A stretch of DNA of 63,437 bases, counting the filler, from Octopus bimaculoides (taxonomy: Eukaryota), in the NCBI RefSeq assembly GCF_001194135.2. It is 7 parts of 6 records of this genome, joined end to end, with 100 filler letters (N's around TTAATTAATTAA, not from the genome) between each part and the next. Parts side by side here need not be neighbours in the genome. Positions count along the whole stretch, not along the records: positions 1 to 31,018 come from NC_068983.1; 6 more parts are not named here. One strand, written 5' to 3'. The translations under genes were made by a program, and so were the position numbers. Within the stretch, counting starts at the first letter, position 1. Each line of letters opens with the position of its first letter. Shown here in pieces: positions 1-12,284 of the stretch. The notes beneath the pieces were generated by a model, which searched no databases, was not told where the DNA came from, and worked only from the letters and a program-made list of their open reading frames with translations.

Positions 1-53
<53 letters not shown>

Positions 54-1499
54 AGAGAGAGAGAGAGAGGAGGAGAGAGAAAGAGAGAGAAAGAGAAAGT
101 GGACAGAGGAGGATGAAGAGGAGGCAAAGGAGAGAGAACATTTTTTCACACTTTAGATGACAGAATTTCACATCAGAAGGAAAGCAAATGTTTCCGTTGC
201 CATATGCTACCTCTCATTAACGCTCGGTTTTAAGATTATAATCTCTTTATAGAAAGATGGAATGTTTTCTTATTCACACCCAACAATTTATTTATCGTAT
301 GCTGCGTATAAATGCATTTTTAGAAATTGATATGAAAAGTCTCTCAAATAATTAAGGCTTTCAGTATATAACCAGCAACATCGTAACAGTATTTTCAGGA
401 ATTCAAAGGACATTTTCTTGTTAGAAATTAAAGGTGTGAAAGATTGTTTTAATACTTTTGATATTGCCATCACTACTGTTTTCACCGGGGCACATTGGAA
501 AACTAGTAATGGAAAAACTACTTTACGTTTTAAATAAAATAAATATTTTCAACGCCGAGACCACCAGATTTGTTGTTACTAACATAGAGTTCGATTAGTT
601 CAGAGCGACAGCAAGAGATAGCTAATAAGTTGATTAAGGTCAACAAGTTAAGTACCATTTCACAAAACACAGATCCCATTAACTCATAGTGTATTATAAA
701 ACATTTAGAACTGATAGAGTTTTTCGACAAGGGATCGATTTTACATAATCTCCTAAAATGCTTTCATTGTGTTGTCGGCGACTGATTTTTCTATCACATT
801 AAAGAACAAAGAGATGATTTAACGAAATCTAATTAAATAATGGATTCAGCTTTTCTGCATTGCATTTTAGCACGTGAATGGAAAAACAAATGTTTGCAGA
901 AATCAGGAATATACCTTTTTGAACATAGTACAATATATNNNNNNNNNNNNNNNNNNNNNNNNNNNNNNNNNNNNNNNNNNNNNNNNNNNNNNNNNNNNNN
1001 NNNNNNNNNNNNNNNNNNNNNNNNNNNNNNNNNNNNNNNNNNNNNNNNNNNNNNNNNNNNNNNNNNNNNNNNNNNNNNNNNNNNNNNNNNNNNNNNNNNN
1101 NNNNNNNNNNNNNNNNNNNNNNNNNNNNNNNNNNNNNNNNNNNNNNNNNNNNNNNNNNNNNNNNNNNNNNNNNNNNNNNNNNNNNNNNNNNNNNNNNNNN
1201 NNNNNNNNNNNNNNNNNNNNNNNNNNNNNNNNNNNNNNNNNNNNNNNNNNNNNNNNNNNNNNNNNNNNNNNNNNNNNNNNNNNNNNNNNNNNNNNNNNNN
1301 NNNNNNNNNNNNNNNNNNNNNNNNNNNNNNNNNNNNNNNNNNNNNNNNNNNNNNNNNNNNNNNNNNNNNNNNNNNNNNNNNNNNNNNNNNNNNNNNNNNN
1401 NNNNNNNNNNNNNNTATATATATGCGCGCGCGCGTGTGTGCGTGTTTGTCTTTGAAAGTCTATGAGGATAACTTAATACGCTGTTTGAAGTGTAGAGGT

Positions 1500-1950
1500 G
1501 ATTTAAAAAGAAATATTTGTTTAAAAGATGTTTCATTACTCAGCAGGATACATAAGGCTTCCTCAAAGCATAGATCGCATGTGTTTAGTGTGTATTCTTT
1601 TTTATCATTGACCATTACACTTGGTATTTGACTTTTGTATCCATCAATCTCTATATTAGGTCTGCCACTGAAGTTGCTTGTCGTCTGTTTAGCTTTCCGA
1701 ATGATGCAATATAGTTGCGATAACGAACCTAAATTGGTTTTCGGAGGCCCCTGTATATTCGTGTTTTTGTTGCGATTTGGTGACTGTGCATTTTTACATT
1801 ATGTATTTTTGGACACATTGGTTCATGAGAGGACATGGTTCTTGCAGCAGGTGCAGTTATTTGTACTATTTTTACTGAGTAATGAAAACTTGGTAAACAA
1901 GCATGCTAAGAAAATTCCGAGATGTCCCCAACGCACCAAATATGCATATT
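1500..1950 (-). mobile_element. Penelope-like element, decayed GIY-YIG endonuclease end
   Basis: Minus-strand translation across frameshifts gives NCTC..EPCPLMNQCVQKYIM*KCTVT..HEYTGASENQF..YRNYIASF..W..TCDLCFEEALCIL..LLNK. This follows the Cys-rich PLE endonuclease pattern CxC..CPL..C..Y.A.V..Y.G.T...F..R...H..SF..C.LC..E...I..LN. Confidence 0.7.
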
Positions 1951-2280
1951 CAAGATTAGACACCATGAAATATTAATATTAATAATTCAGGAAGCTTTTT
2001 CCTTCCCACCCGCCTTTTTCTCATCCTACATAAGTGTCCGTACGTAGCAGTGTATTTTTTTCTTTTTTTCGTTTCCCTCTCATTACATATAAGTATGTTT
2101 GTCCGGTTGTACCTCTCTCAATTCCTCTCCCTATATATGTACGTATCCTCTAGATATATATTTGTGGTAATGCTTGTGTGCATATGTGTACGTATGTATA
2201 TCCGTATGAATGTCTTTGTAGGTATACATTTGTATGTGTACATGTATATGTGTATCTACGCGTGAGGGCATGTACATGGT

Positions 2281-2325
<45 letters not shown>

Positions 2326-2798
2326 NNNNNNNNNNNNNNNNNNNNNNNNNNNNNNNNNNNNNNNNNNNNNNNNNNNNNNNNNNNNNNNNNNNNNNNNNNN
2401 NNNNNNNNNNNNNNNNNNNNNNNNNNNNNNNNNNNNNNNNNNNNNNNNNNNNNNNNNNNNNNNNNNNNNNNNNNNNNNNNNNNNNNNNNNNNNNNNNNNN
2501 NNNNNNNNNNNNNNNNNNNNNNNNNNNNNNNNNNNNNNNNNNNNNNNNNNNNNNNNNNNNNNNNNNNNNNNNNNNNNNNNNNNNNNNNNNNNNNNNNNNN
2601 NNNNNNNNNNNNNNNNNNNNNNNNNNNNNNNNNNNNNNNNNNNNNNNNNNNNNNNNNNNNNNNNNNNNNNNNNNNNNNNNNNNNNNNNNNNNNNNNNNNN
2701 NNNNNNNNNNNNNNNNNNNNNNNNNNNNNNNNNNNNNNNNNNNNNNNNNNNNNNNNNNNNNNNNNNNNNNNNNNNNNNNNNNNNNNNNNNNNNNNNNN

Positions 2799-2877
<79 letters not shown>

Positions 2878-3076
2878 CTTAACGATTAAAAAAATTAAAT
2901 TGTATAATTTTAAGTGAATGATGGGGAGCATGAGCAAGACTTGACAATAAATATTGAAACAAATTTGATTAGAGACATATGATACAGGAAAAGTGACGAC
3001 AAAATAATGATCAAATTAATGACCCTTTCATGTTCCTCTGGTACAAGATGGAGATATGGCACAATTCCATAGTTGT

Positions 3077-3125
<49 letters not shown>

Positions 3126-3739
3126 ATGTGTGTGTGTGTGTATCTGTGTATGTGTACGTGTGTGAATGTGTATGCGCGCGCGCGCGTATGTGCGATTGTT
3201 ATCTGAAGAAGAAATATAACAGAAGTCAAAAGAAATATATAAAAGAATTGAAGTATAAGCTCAGAACTAAAGTAAGAAGTAAAACATGAAAGATGCAATG
3301 TTGAAAGCAACGGGGAGTCTTGTACATGAAATATATGTGATATTTATTAATGATCAAAAATAACGGAAAAGCAAGAAGTATGGGAATTATTAAAAATTCT
3401 ACAACTCCAACTAGGAAGAGGTGGAGAATAGTACTGTGAATGGAAGTAAAGGCAGAATAGTCGACGACGAGGAAAGTTGCTGAAGACGATGAAAACAACA
3501 TATTTAAACATATTATCGTGTAAAAGATTATTGCGATTGAAAAGATCACAAGGGTTAAGAAAATAATTGTACAGACACATAGTTAAAGAAGGACATATGC
3601 ATGAATATTCATAGTATTACATACACACAAACACACACACATAAACGTTCACCATATAAGCACAAATACATTCGCATACACATATTGCAACAAACTGAGG
3701 AAAAGTGATCCTTCAAAGGGGTGTGTTAACATCCAATTA

Positions 3740-4945
3740 TTAAATCTGTGGGCCAATACTCAGGAAACCATTAACTGGTTTGATAAATTAGATAAAAGTA
3801 GAAGTAAATCCATTCAATTAGACGTTAATAATTATTATGCTCCAATTAATCCCATTGTACTAAATAGTGCACTTACTTTTGCTAGGAAAAATTCTAACCT
3901 AAGATTAAGAGAAATTAAAATCATTTTGGAAGCTAGGAAGTCTATCATTCTATTCGATAACAAGTACTGGACCAGAAAACATTCTATTGATTATTTTGAC
4001 ATAACCATGGGCTCAGCCGATACCGCCCAAGTTACAGACTTAGTAAGTATTTATATACTCTAACATTTCCATAATGAATTCCCAGAAATTAAAGGTGGTC
4101 TCCATAGAGATGATATTCTATTTTTGATCAATAGTAAATCCAATAGAAAAATAAACCTATATATGAAAAAGTTTCAAAAAAAGATTTGGTTTATCTATCT
4201 TTATAGAAAAATGAACATGATTCAGTTAATTACCTGGATTTAAATCTGAACCTTGTTACTGACCTATACAGTCCGTATCATAAACCCAACAGTAGTTTGA
4301 AATACATCAACTTTCGCAGTAACCATCTTAAAGCTATCACAAGAACTCTGGTTGATAAAATTTCGAAACGTGTTTCCTATTTATCATCTAATGAGGATAT
4401 CTTTAATAATAATGCCGAATACTATAATAATGCCCTTAAAATGGCAGGATACTGGAATAGTATAGTATATTGTAATAAGAGTGGGAACTACAACAAATCT
4501 TATTATAATAATGGAAAACTGATTGACAACGAAGTGGGTGAATATAATAGTAGAAAAGTATCCAATTTATTTGTAAATAGTAATGATATGATTAACAATA
4601 GTATTAATATTAATAAGAACAAGAGTAGTAAATATACCTTGAGTAAAAATAAATATTTAAATAAACTTAAGCCTAATAGTAATAAATATACGCCATATGC
4701 CAACTCAAATACAGCCAATGGTGTTAAGTATAATGAAGATAATTATATTTGGTTTCTCATTCCTTACGCACGACAAATAAAAACGAATCTAGTTAAGCTA
4801 TTTTACAGATCTATATCTAAGCACTTTAATAAAGAACATAAATATTATAAAATAATTAATAATAAAAGGATTAAAATACGTTCTTCAGTATCTTAAAATT
4901 TGTCTAGAATTATCTGCTCCTTTAATAATAAAAGTTTGGAAATTT
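3740..4945 (+). mobile_element. Penelope-like element reverse transcriptase, thumb and linker (pseudogene)
   Basis: NLWANTQETINWF..IQLDVNNYYAPI..FDITMGSADTAQVTDLVSIYIL*..GLHRDDIL (RT core with the YxDD equivalent). Followed by PYHKPNSSLKYINFRSNH..LSSNEDIFN..YNNALKMAGY and IWFLIPY..KTNL..KHF (ORF 4297-4896). Stops and frameshifts are present. Confidence 0.85.
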
Positions 4946-5433
4946 TTATAATAAAAGAAAAAATAATAATATTACAGATAATGATCTAGCGAGAATCTGT
5001 GATTATAGTTATAAGGATAAATGGCTGTGGATTGTACTTACTTGGTTGTATCGTCAGTTAGAGTGTTTTCGTTGTTTTTTAATAGTAATTGATGTATGAT
5101 CGAATAGTTAACACTCGCGCTCATAATACATAGACATTTGAATTAGTTTTTACAATCCAGCCATCCTTTCACACGGAATTTCGTCTGTCTATTTTTAAAT
5201 CATGACACTGAAGTGACTTATATATATAAGGGAACTCTTATTATGTATGTATATCAGAAAATGTATATAAGTCAAAATAATTTCTTGGCCTTTTGTTTTT
5301 TTAAAAAATAACTGTTTATGTTAAATGATATTATGTTATATTATATTCATAGTATATCATATAATATTATAATATAAATAAATTATTGGATTGTCAGAAG
5401 TATCTTTCTATTTGACTTATCTTTATATATATA

Positions 5434-5725
5434 CTGACCCACGAAGGGGAAGACAAAAGTGTCGTTTATCACGAAGCTTTGCAATAAGTTCCAAGCCGCC
5501 ACCGATAGGGAAGATTTTAAGCTAGTATATATATATATATATATATACCTTGCGCCCAATAATGACACTTCATGCATTGAGTACATATCAAATTTTATTG
5601 AACTTGACCAATATTTTTTAAGCAATGAACAATTTTCGTAAAAACAATGATATAATATGTCGACTTGGAACTTATTGCAAAGCTTCATGATAAACACCAT
5701 TTTTGTCTTCCCATTCGTAGGTCAG
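5434..5725. mobile_element. MITE with ~65-70 bp TIRs and TA target-site duplication (Tc1/mariner-like)
   Basis: ctgacccacgaaggggaagacaaaagtgtcgtttatcacgaagctttgcaataagttccaag is the inverted near-copy of ~5660-5725. TA lies at 5432-33 and 5726-27. The mirror ORFs MSFITKLCNKFQ and MVFIMKLCNKFQ confirm the inversion. Confidence 0.85.
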
Positions 5726-6812
5726 TACAATTTTTTTCTGTCTAACCTTTCTCTCTCTCTTTCTTTCTTTGTCTTCAACCATATCCATCACTAGTACCAC
5801 CACCATCGCCACCACGACTGCTATACACTCACTATTCAGACTTCTGACGCCACCACCATCAACACCTTTGACTTCACCGCCTTCGTTCCATCACCGTCAC
5901 CACTGTCTTTCACATCCCTTACTATCATCGACATGCTTGACCATCTTAGCTACCATCACAATCACCACCACTGTATTTCAATCAAAGTGTATTATGTATG
6001 TATGTATGTATGTATGTATGTATGTATGTATGTNNNNNNNNNNNNNNNNNNNNNNNNNNNNNNNNNNNNNNNNNNNNNNNNNNNNNNNNNNNNNNNNNNN
6101 NNNNNNNNNNNNNNNNNNNNNNNNNNNNNNNNNNNNNNNNNNNNNNNNNNNNNNNNNNNNNNNNNNNNNNNNNNNNNNNNNNNNNNNNNNNNNNNNNNNN
6201 NNNNNNNNNNNNNNNNNNNNNNNNNNNNNNNNNNNNNNNNNNNNNNNNNNNNNNNNNNNNNNNNNNNNNNNNNNNNNNNNNNNNNNNNNNNNNNNNNNNN
6301 NNNNNNNNNNNNNNNNNNNNNNNNNNNNNNNNNNNNNNNNNNNNNNNNNNNNNNNNNNNNNNNNNNNNNNNNNNNNNNNNNNNNNNNNNNNNNNNNNNNN
6401 NNNNNNNNNNNNNNNNNNNNNNNNNNNNNNNNNNNNNNNNNNNNNNNNNNNNNNNNNNNNNNNNNNNNNNNNNNNNNNNNNNNNNNNNNNNNNNNNNNNN
6501 NNNNNNNNNNNNNNNNNNNNNNNNNNNNNNNNNNNNNNNNNNNNNNNNNNNNNNNNNNNNNNNNNNNNNNNNNNNNNNNNNNNNNNNNNNNNNNNNNNNN
6601 NNNNNNNNNNNNNNNNNNNNNNNNNNNNNNNNNNNNNNNNNNNNNNNNNNNNNNNNNNNNNNNNNNNNNNNNNNNNNNNNNNNNNNNNNNNNNNNNNNNN
6701 NNNNNNNNNNNNNNNNNNNNNNNNNNNNNNNNNNNNNNNNNNNNNNNNNNNNNNNNNNNNNNNNNNNNNNNNNNNNNNNNNNNNNNNNNNNNNNNNNNNN
6801 NNNNNNNNNNNN

Positions 6813-7959
6813 GAAGTATAAAAATCATTATTATGAATCATTATAGAGATTCAAAGTCATACCGGTATCGTCACCGACTTTGAATGAACACTGATTTCCA
6901 AATGGTGTTGGGTCTAATAGTACATAAGTGAAAAGATTACATGCAAGGGAGGTAAGCAGTTGTAGAAGTAATAGAGTGAAAAATTACATGCATGAGAGGT
7001 AAGCAGATCTGGAAGTGATACAGTTAAGGTAGATATGATTACTGGAATATGAGTGGTGTATGGAATGTTTGGAGATTGGTGGGATTATCGGTATTGGTAA
7101 GGTTAGTAGTGTCCTGTATTAAGTTGTGTGTTCATGTTGAATCGTGGATGATATTTATTAATGAAAGTTGCCTCTTTATTTAATCTTTGCTGTACTGAGG
7201 TGTTCCGTGAACATTGATAAAACGGGAAAGCTAGGACATTCGCTTTAAGGTTCCTAGCACTTCTTTCTATGTGTTCACTGACCTGTATCTGTCTATATTG
7301 TGGGTAGCGGATTTGTTCTTTGTGAAGAGTTGTTCTTCGTCGAAGTGACATTCCTGTTTGGATTATATTGTGATTTCCGCACCCTAAGCAGGTAATAGCA
7401 TAGATTAAGCTTTTAGAGGCACAAGTGAAATTTGACTGTACCTTAAATATTTCACCTTGTTTGAAGTAAAGCTTTGTACCCTCCAAAAAGTGGGGCATGT
7501 GCCACAGTTAAGTCGCCCGCATTTTTTCACTTTTGGTTCCGAAGTTAATGGATATAGTCTTGCGCTGGTTAATATGTTTTTTCAATGATTTCGGTTGCAT
7601 TTTGCTCTTGATAATTTTGTGTGAGCCTAAAATTTTGTGTGAGCCTAGAATTTTGTGTGAGCCTAGAATTTTGTTCATTATTTCATCTCCAGTGAGAATG
7701 GGTAGATTTTTGGATGATGGTTTTGAAGGCTTTATTGTTTCTAGGGTTTCTAGGTTGTGTACTCCAGTATTTATATCTACTTTAATTGCATCACTTCCAG
7801 AACTGCTTACCCCTCTTGCATATAATTTTTTCACTCAGGTACTATTAGACCCAACACCGTTTGGAAATCAGTATTCATTCAAAGCCAGTGATCAGCTCTG
7901 ACGATACCGGTATGACTTTGAACCTCTATAATGATTCATAATAATGATTTTTATACTTC
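6813..7959 (-). mobile_element. Penelope-like element 3' part (linker + GIY-YIG endonuclease) bracketed by inverted ~110-120 bp repeats
   Basis: ORF 7103-7498 reads CASKSLIYAITCLGCG..QTGMSLRRRTTLHKEQIR..VSEHI..RLNKEATFINKYHPRFN (GIY-YIG). The upstream linker reads NLPILTGDEIMNKILGSHKIIKSK.QPKSLK. Arms 6813-6923 and 7839-7959 are reverse complements. Confidence 0.85.
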
Positions 7960-8989
7960 ATAATTCCACCTCAAATCATCTAATTGCATGTATATATCTT
8001 TGCTTTTCTTAAAAATTCCTTTAGTCATTTTTTATATCTAATGTGCATTTTCTTTGTTTTATTTTTAATTTTCCCTTATTTATACCACGTGTAGTCTTTT
8101 TTCCTTGAAACCTATTTCTATTATGTATATATATATATATATATATATGTATACATGTAAAACGAGAGAAAGCAAAAGGTGGAAACTTCAGATGAATTTT
8201 TAAATATAAATATATACGTATTTATATTAATAGGTCCAACTTACACAGAGTACAAACGGCAAAAAAAAAAAAATTAAAGGAGTGAAAGAAAGGTGTTCTA
8301 AGTCCAACAGCTCTTTCTGGTGACTCGCTGATCCATAATGATGTTGGTAGATTTAGTTCTTCACAATATGCAACTGTATGGCTGCACTTAACATTGGATA
8401 AGACGAGTTTCTGTCACCAGAGTAGAGATCTTACATTTCAGATATTTGTTTGAACTTCTCTTCATTGCATTAAGTGACAGACGATATAAAAAATTTACTT
8501 CAATTATAAAAAAAACTACACTTTTGATTAACATGACGACGACGACGACGACGACTACTCACATGACAGCGTAATGCATCTGTTGGCAATAACGCCACTA
8601 CCTTCTCTCTCCTCTTCCCTCTCCGTCCTCGCTATTTTCCTTTCTTTAACTTCACCACCAGAACATCACCTCTCTGCTAAACATTGTATTTATATCTCTC
8701 TTTCTCTATATCGCGCCATTCAACTAAATTTTAAACCACGTAATCAATATTAAATTTTCCCTGCCTAACGTCGTTGACACTTCTCTCTCCCTCTTTCTTT
8801 CTCGCACTACGCCTGTCCCTTCAGCTAGTCTCTTGATAGCGTAACCAATTTCGGTCTTAGCGTATTAATGTACAGATTACATTTTTTTTTGATGAAGGTG
8901 AAGTGAATTTTTACAATAAAGATATGTCCTGATCTAAATTAATAAAATGTATTTTCTACAAGGTTAATACTCTAATAGCAAAATAGTGG

Positions 8990-9530
8990 GTGCACTTAGG
9001 GTGGCCACTTTTTGGCTATTGAAGCTGTTTTTGGTCGGCAATTTAACGCTGGCAAGTTATGTTTTAAGGGATTTTTGTTGTCGTTTGTTTTTGCATATTA
9101 TATGTGTTTCTTAGCTTTTGCTTCGATAATGGAATGCATTGATGAGTAGCACTGTATGTTTCTGTTTTACTTAAGTTTTGTGTTGTGACGTAAGGAAGAT
9201 ATTTCATGTATTGCAATTGATTTTCGTCTTCCGTAATTCTTAAATATTTATTGCTTTGGCAGTTCTATTCCATTATCAATTAACTTTGTTAGGTGCTATC
9301 ATTCAAGTAGTATTTGCTAAAAATTCTGGAATTAACAATGGTTTTATTTGCTGAAATATCACTCGGAAAAGTGGACAGTATTTTCTACTAGAAACTGTTT
9401 AGGTGCTGCATTCATTTTGTGTGATTGGGTCGCATTGTTTTATTATTGGAATTTCGGAAGGAATCGTTCGTATTTGTAACAGACATAATCACTTAGGTCT
9501 GCTAACACCCATAGATGCACGCTTGCAGAA
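8990..9530 (-). mobile_element. Highly decayed Penelope-like thumb/linker remnant
   Basis: Minus-strand pieces PNHTK, LIDNGIE, AINI*ELRKTK and KYLPYVTTQNLSKTETYSATHQCIPL resemble the PLE linker seen at 7500-7830. Confidence 0.5.
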
Positions 9531-10380
9531 ACTGATTTTAAGAATTAATTAGTTTGGACTGACAGACTTTTCTCTCAGCATATTACTATACGTAATACCA
9601 TTAATTCTCCCCCGCATACACCATTTTAAAATTTACCACCCGCAAGATACTTAACCAAAATGTAATTAGCCACTGTATGAAACTCGAGAAGACTGTCACT
9701 TTTTGGTATGATAAACTTAGCTTTCGACTCTTCATTAGATCTTGGGTTCTGTATCAGATAATGAATAACGTACATTGTTTTACAAGCCATATATATATAT
9801 ATATACATATATGCATGCAAACAAGATGCATAAACACCATGACCACACACAGATTAGAGTGATTGCTGGGACTTGACTATTTTATCTCTTCACTGACTAA
9901 TGGATTCATCTAACTGTGTGTCTGTACTTAACTGATTATATTGTGTTATGGAGAAATTATTTTTGTTGTTTGCATTACTTATTCCCTATACTGTCCCGTG
10001 TTTCTTTCTTGTTCTGGTTATAGATTAGTTTAAACACAGACAGGAGTGATTGTTGTCATTCATATTTAGCTTTACGGGGTATTCCAGCAATGACCAGAGT
10101 TTCTATAAATTCAGATAGAGTTATTGGTGGAAGACTACATTACCGAACGTTTTAATTTCCTTTTCAGAGATAAGATGGTATGATTTGAGGTTAGATTTAC
10201 CTGCTATTTCACGCAGGCTAAGTTATCATGTAAAAGTAACTTACTATTGCTACTGTAATGTATGGTATGTTCAACTCAGATTAACTGATTTATAATTAAA
10301 GGCGTTCCAACCATGATCATTCCATCCTTCTATGTGTATATAGAGCTAAAATTTCTACCGCACCCATCCTTTATTTGCAA

Positions 10381-10582
10381 TTACTCTTTTACTCCTTTAC
10401 TTGTTTCAGTTATTTGACTGTGGCCATGCTGGAGCACCGCCTTTAGTCGAGCAAATCGACCCCAGGACTTATTCTATCGGTCTCTATTGCTGAACCGCTA
10501 AGTTACGGGGACATAAACACACCAGCATCGGTTGTCAAGTGATGTGGGAGGGGGGGACAAACACAGACACAAACATATACAC

Positions 10583-10645
<63 letters not shown>

Positions 10646-10912
10646 CATATATATACATATATACGACGGGCTTCTTTCAGTTTCCGTCTACCAAATCCAC
10701 TCACAAGGCTTTGGTCGTCCCGAGGCTNNNNNNNNNNATACATATATACGACGGGCTTCTTTCAGTTTCCGTCTACCAAATCCACTCACAAGGCTTTGGT
10801 CGTCCCGAGGCTATAGTAGAAGACACTTGCCCATGGTGCCACGCAGTGGGACTAAACCAGGAACCATGTGATTCGTAAGCAAGCTACTTACCACACAGCC
10901 ACTCCTACGCCT
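10381..10912 (-). mobile_element. tRNA-derived octopus-type SINE (family A, CORE-like body, internal microsatellite, GAGTAAA tail)
   Basis: Minus strand reads aggagtggctgtgtggtaagtagcttgct..ggttcc.gg.t.agtcccactgcgtggcacc.tgggcaagtgtcttctactatagcctcggg. The same sequence recurs at 27281, 41371, 47323, 53270 and 60262. Confidence 0.85.
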
Positions 10913-11010
10913 ATGTGTAGTTTGAATGATATTTAGCTGCTATTTCTTGATGATCATGCAGAACAATATAGTTTTACTCAGCGAGACAACTCCATTGTGT
11001 TAGTCTAGAG

Positions 11011-11289
11011 CAGTGGTTCCCGACGTGGGTTGTATTGCTCCCTGGAGACGGTGCAAAGTTGCAAGGGGGCGTTGAAGAACAGTGGGGCGATAATGGAGTG
11101 GAGTGGCGATTCATGCAAAAACAACAAAATAATGAATTCATTAGGTTAAGTTTTATTTGTGAAATGCAGTTGCTTCAAATTTGCCTCAGAAAGAGGCCTA
11201 TGTTTGTGATGGTTACTTGGAGTGTGAGCGCTAGGAATGTGGTTTGGGTGTCAAAGGGGTGGCAGCCCGAAAAGGTTTGGGAACCACTG
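11011..11289. mobile_element. hAT-Charlie-type MITE
   Basis: TIRs CAGTGGTTCCC / GGGAACCACTG and an 8-bp TSD gtctagag (11003-10) / gtctagaa (11290-97), matching the NTCTAGAN Charlie target preference. Confidence 0.9.
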
Positions 11290-12023
11290 GTCTAGAACGT
11301 TTATTTATTTTATACACGCTGTATCCTCGCTGTTGACTGGTCACAGACATGAATTCACAAAAATTCAATGCAATTTACATATTTACAATTTGAAAATTGT
11401 CATATGATCTGTGGCGACACATTAATATGTTTATGTTATTCAAATTTATGGAATTAGGTAACAGATTAATAACTATGTTGTTCAGTAAATTGTGGCGATG
11501 TGAACTTCATTGAAGTGCGTCTTATATAAACATTCTATACAAATACAAATGCCAATTAATTAGAAGCCGGTTACTATGTTGTATGAATTAATGCAACCTC
11601 ATCGTTGTCCGGAGAATTGATTTTTCTATATGAATTGTTAGTCTTAAATTAATAGCTGTTCCAAATGATGTTTGATCCCTCTTCAACTAACATACACCTA
11701 CCTGAATAGAAAGACATTCGTATACATAATAGATGCATACGAACATATGTACAGATGCACCGACGTACAAGCACACATAAGCGCACAAACGGAATATATT
11801 AATGCTCACACTAACGCGCATACGCATGCAGTGTGTACTCGAGGCAATGATCAAATATAGAAAAGAATGAACTTCACTAATTATATATGGGTAGTATCTC
11901 GCAGAATGTGTATAATAGAAGTTGATCATCCCCAGATATATACAGATTTATAATTTGTATTTGTTTGTATTGATTAATTAGATGGCGGCAAGCAGTAGGA
12001 AATATTGATGAGAGTACATTAGT

Positions 12024-12066
<43 letters not shown>

Positions 12067-12284
12067 ACATATATATACATATATATACATATATATACAT
12101 ATATATANNNNNNNNNNATATATATACATATATATACATATATATACATATATATACATATATATATACATATATATACATATATATATACATATATATA
12201 CATATATATATATTAATATATATATATATATATATGCATCTGTATGTATGTATGTGTATATGTGAGAATTTACAAAAACAAAAG

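Noticed and set aside
530-730. ORF ending LYVSNNKSGGLGVENI, resembling the LYxPxxxGGLG motif of non-LTR RTs
   Set aside because: Only one short motif; I could not extend it to other RT domains.
829-1631. Long ORFs of 190-420 aa in the track (also at 5769-6883, 46209-47471, 56409-57475, 61904-62826 and others)
   Set aside because: They are open only because they run through N-gaps, or they consist of (TA)n/(CA)n translations such as YIYI, HTHT and VCVC.
1500-1950. Selenocysteine (in-frame TGA at Cys positions), as reported for some Naiad PLEs
   Set aside because: The conserved Cys positions I could read are TGY codons, and the visible stops are not at Cys positions.
7617-7670. Short direct-repeat arrays as CRISPR-like (also 55621-55671 and 37980-38065)
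   Set aside because: The units are contiguous with no unique spacers, the context is eukaryotic, and there are no cas genes.
10650-10810. Apparent tandem duplication of the SINE body (similar cases at 12050-12180 and 19290-19360)
   Set aside because: Identical sequence on both sides of a 10-N gap is the signature of overlapping contig ends, not a real duplication.
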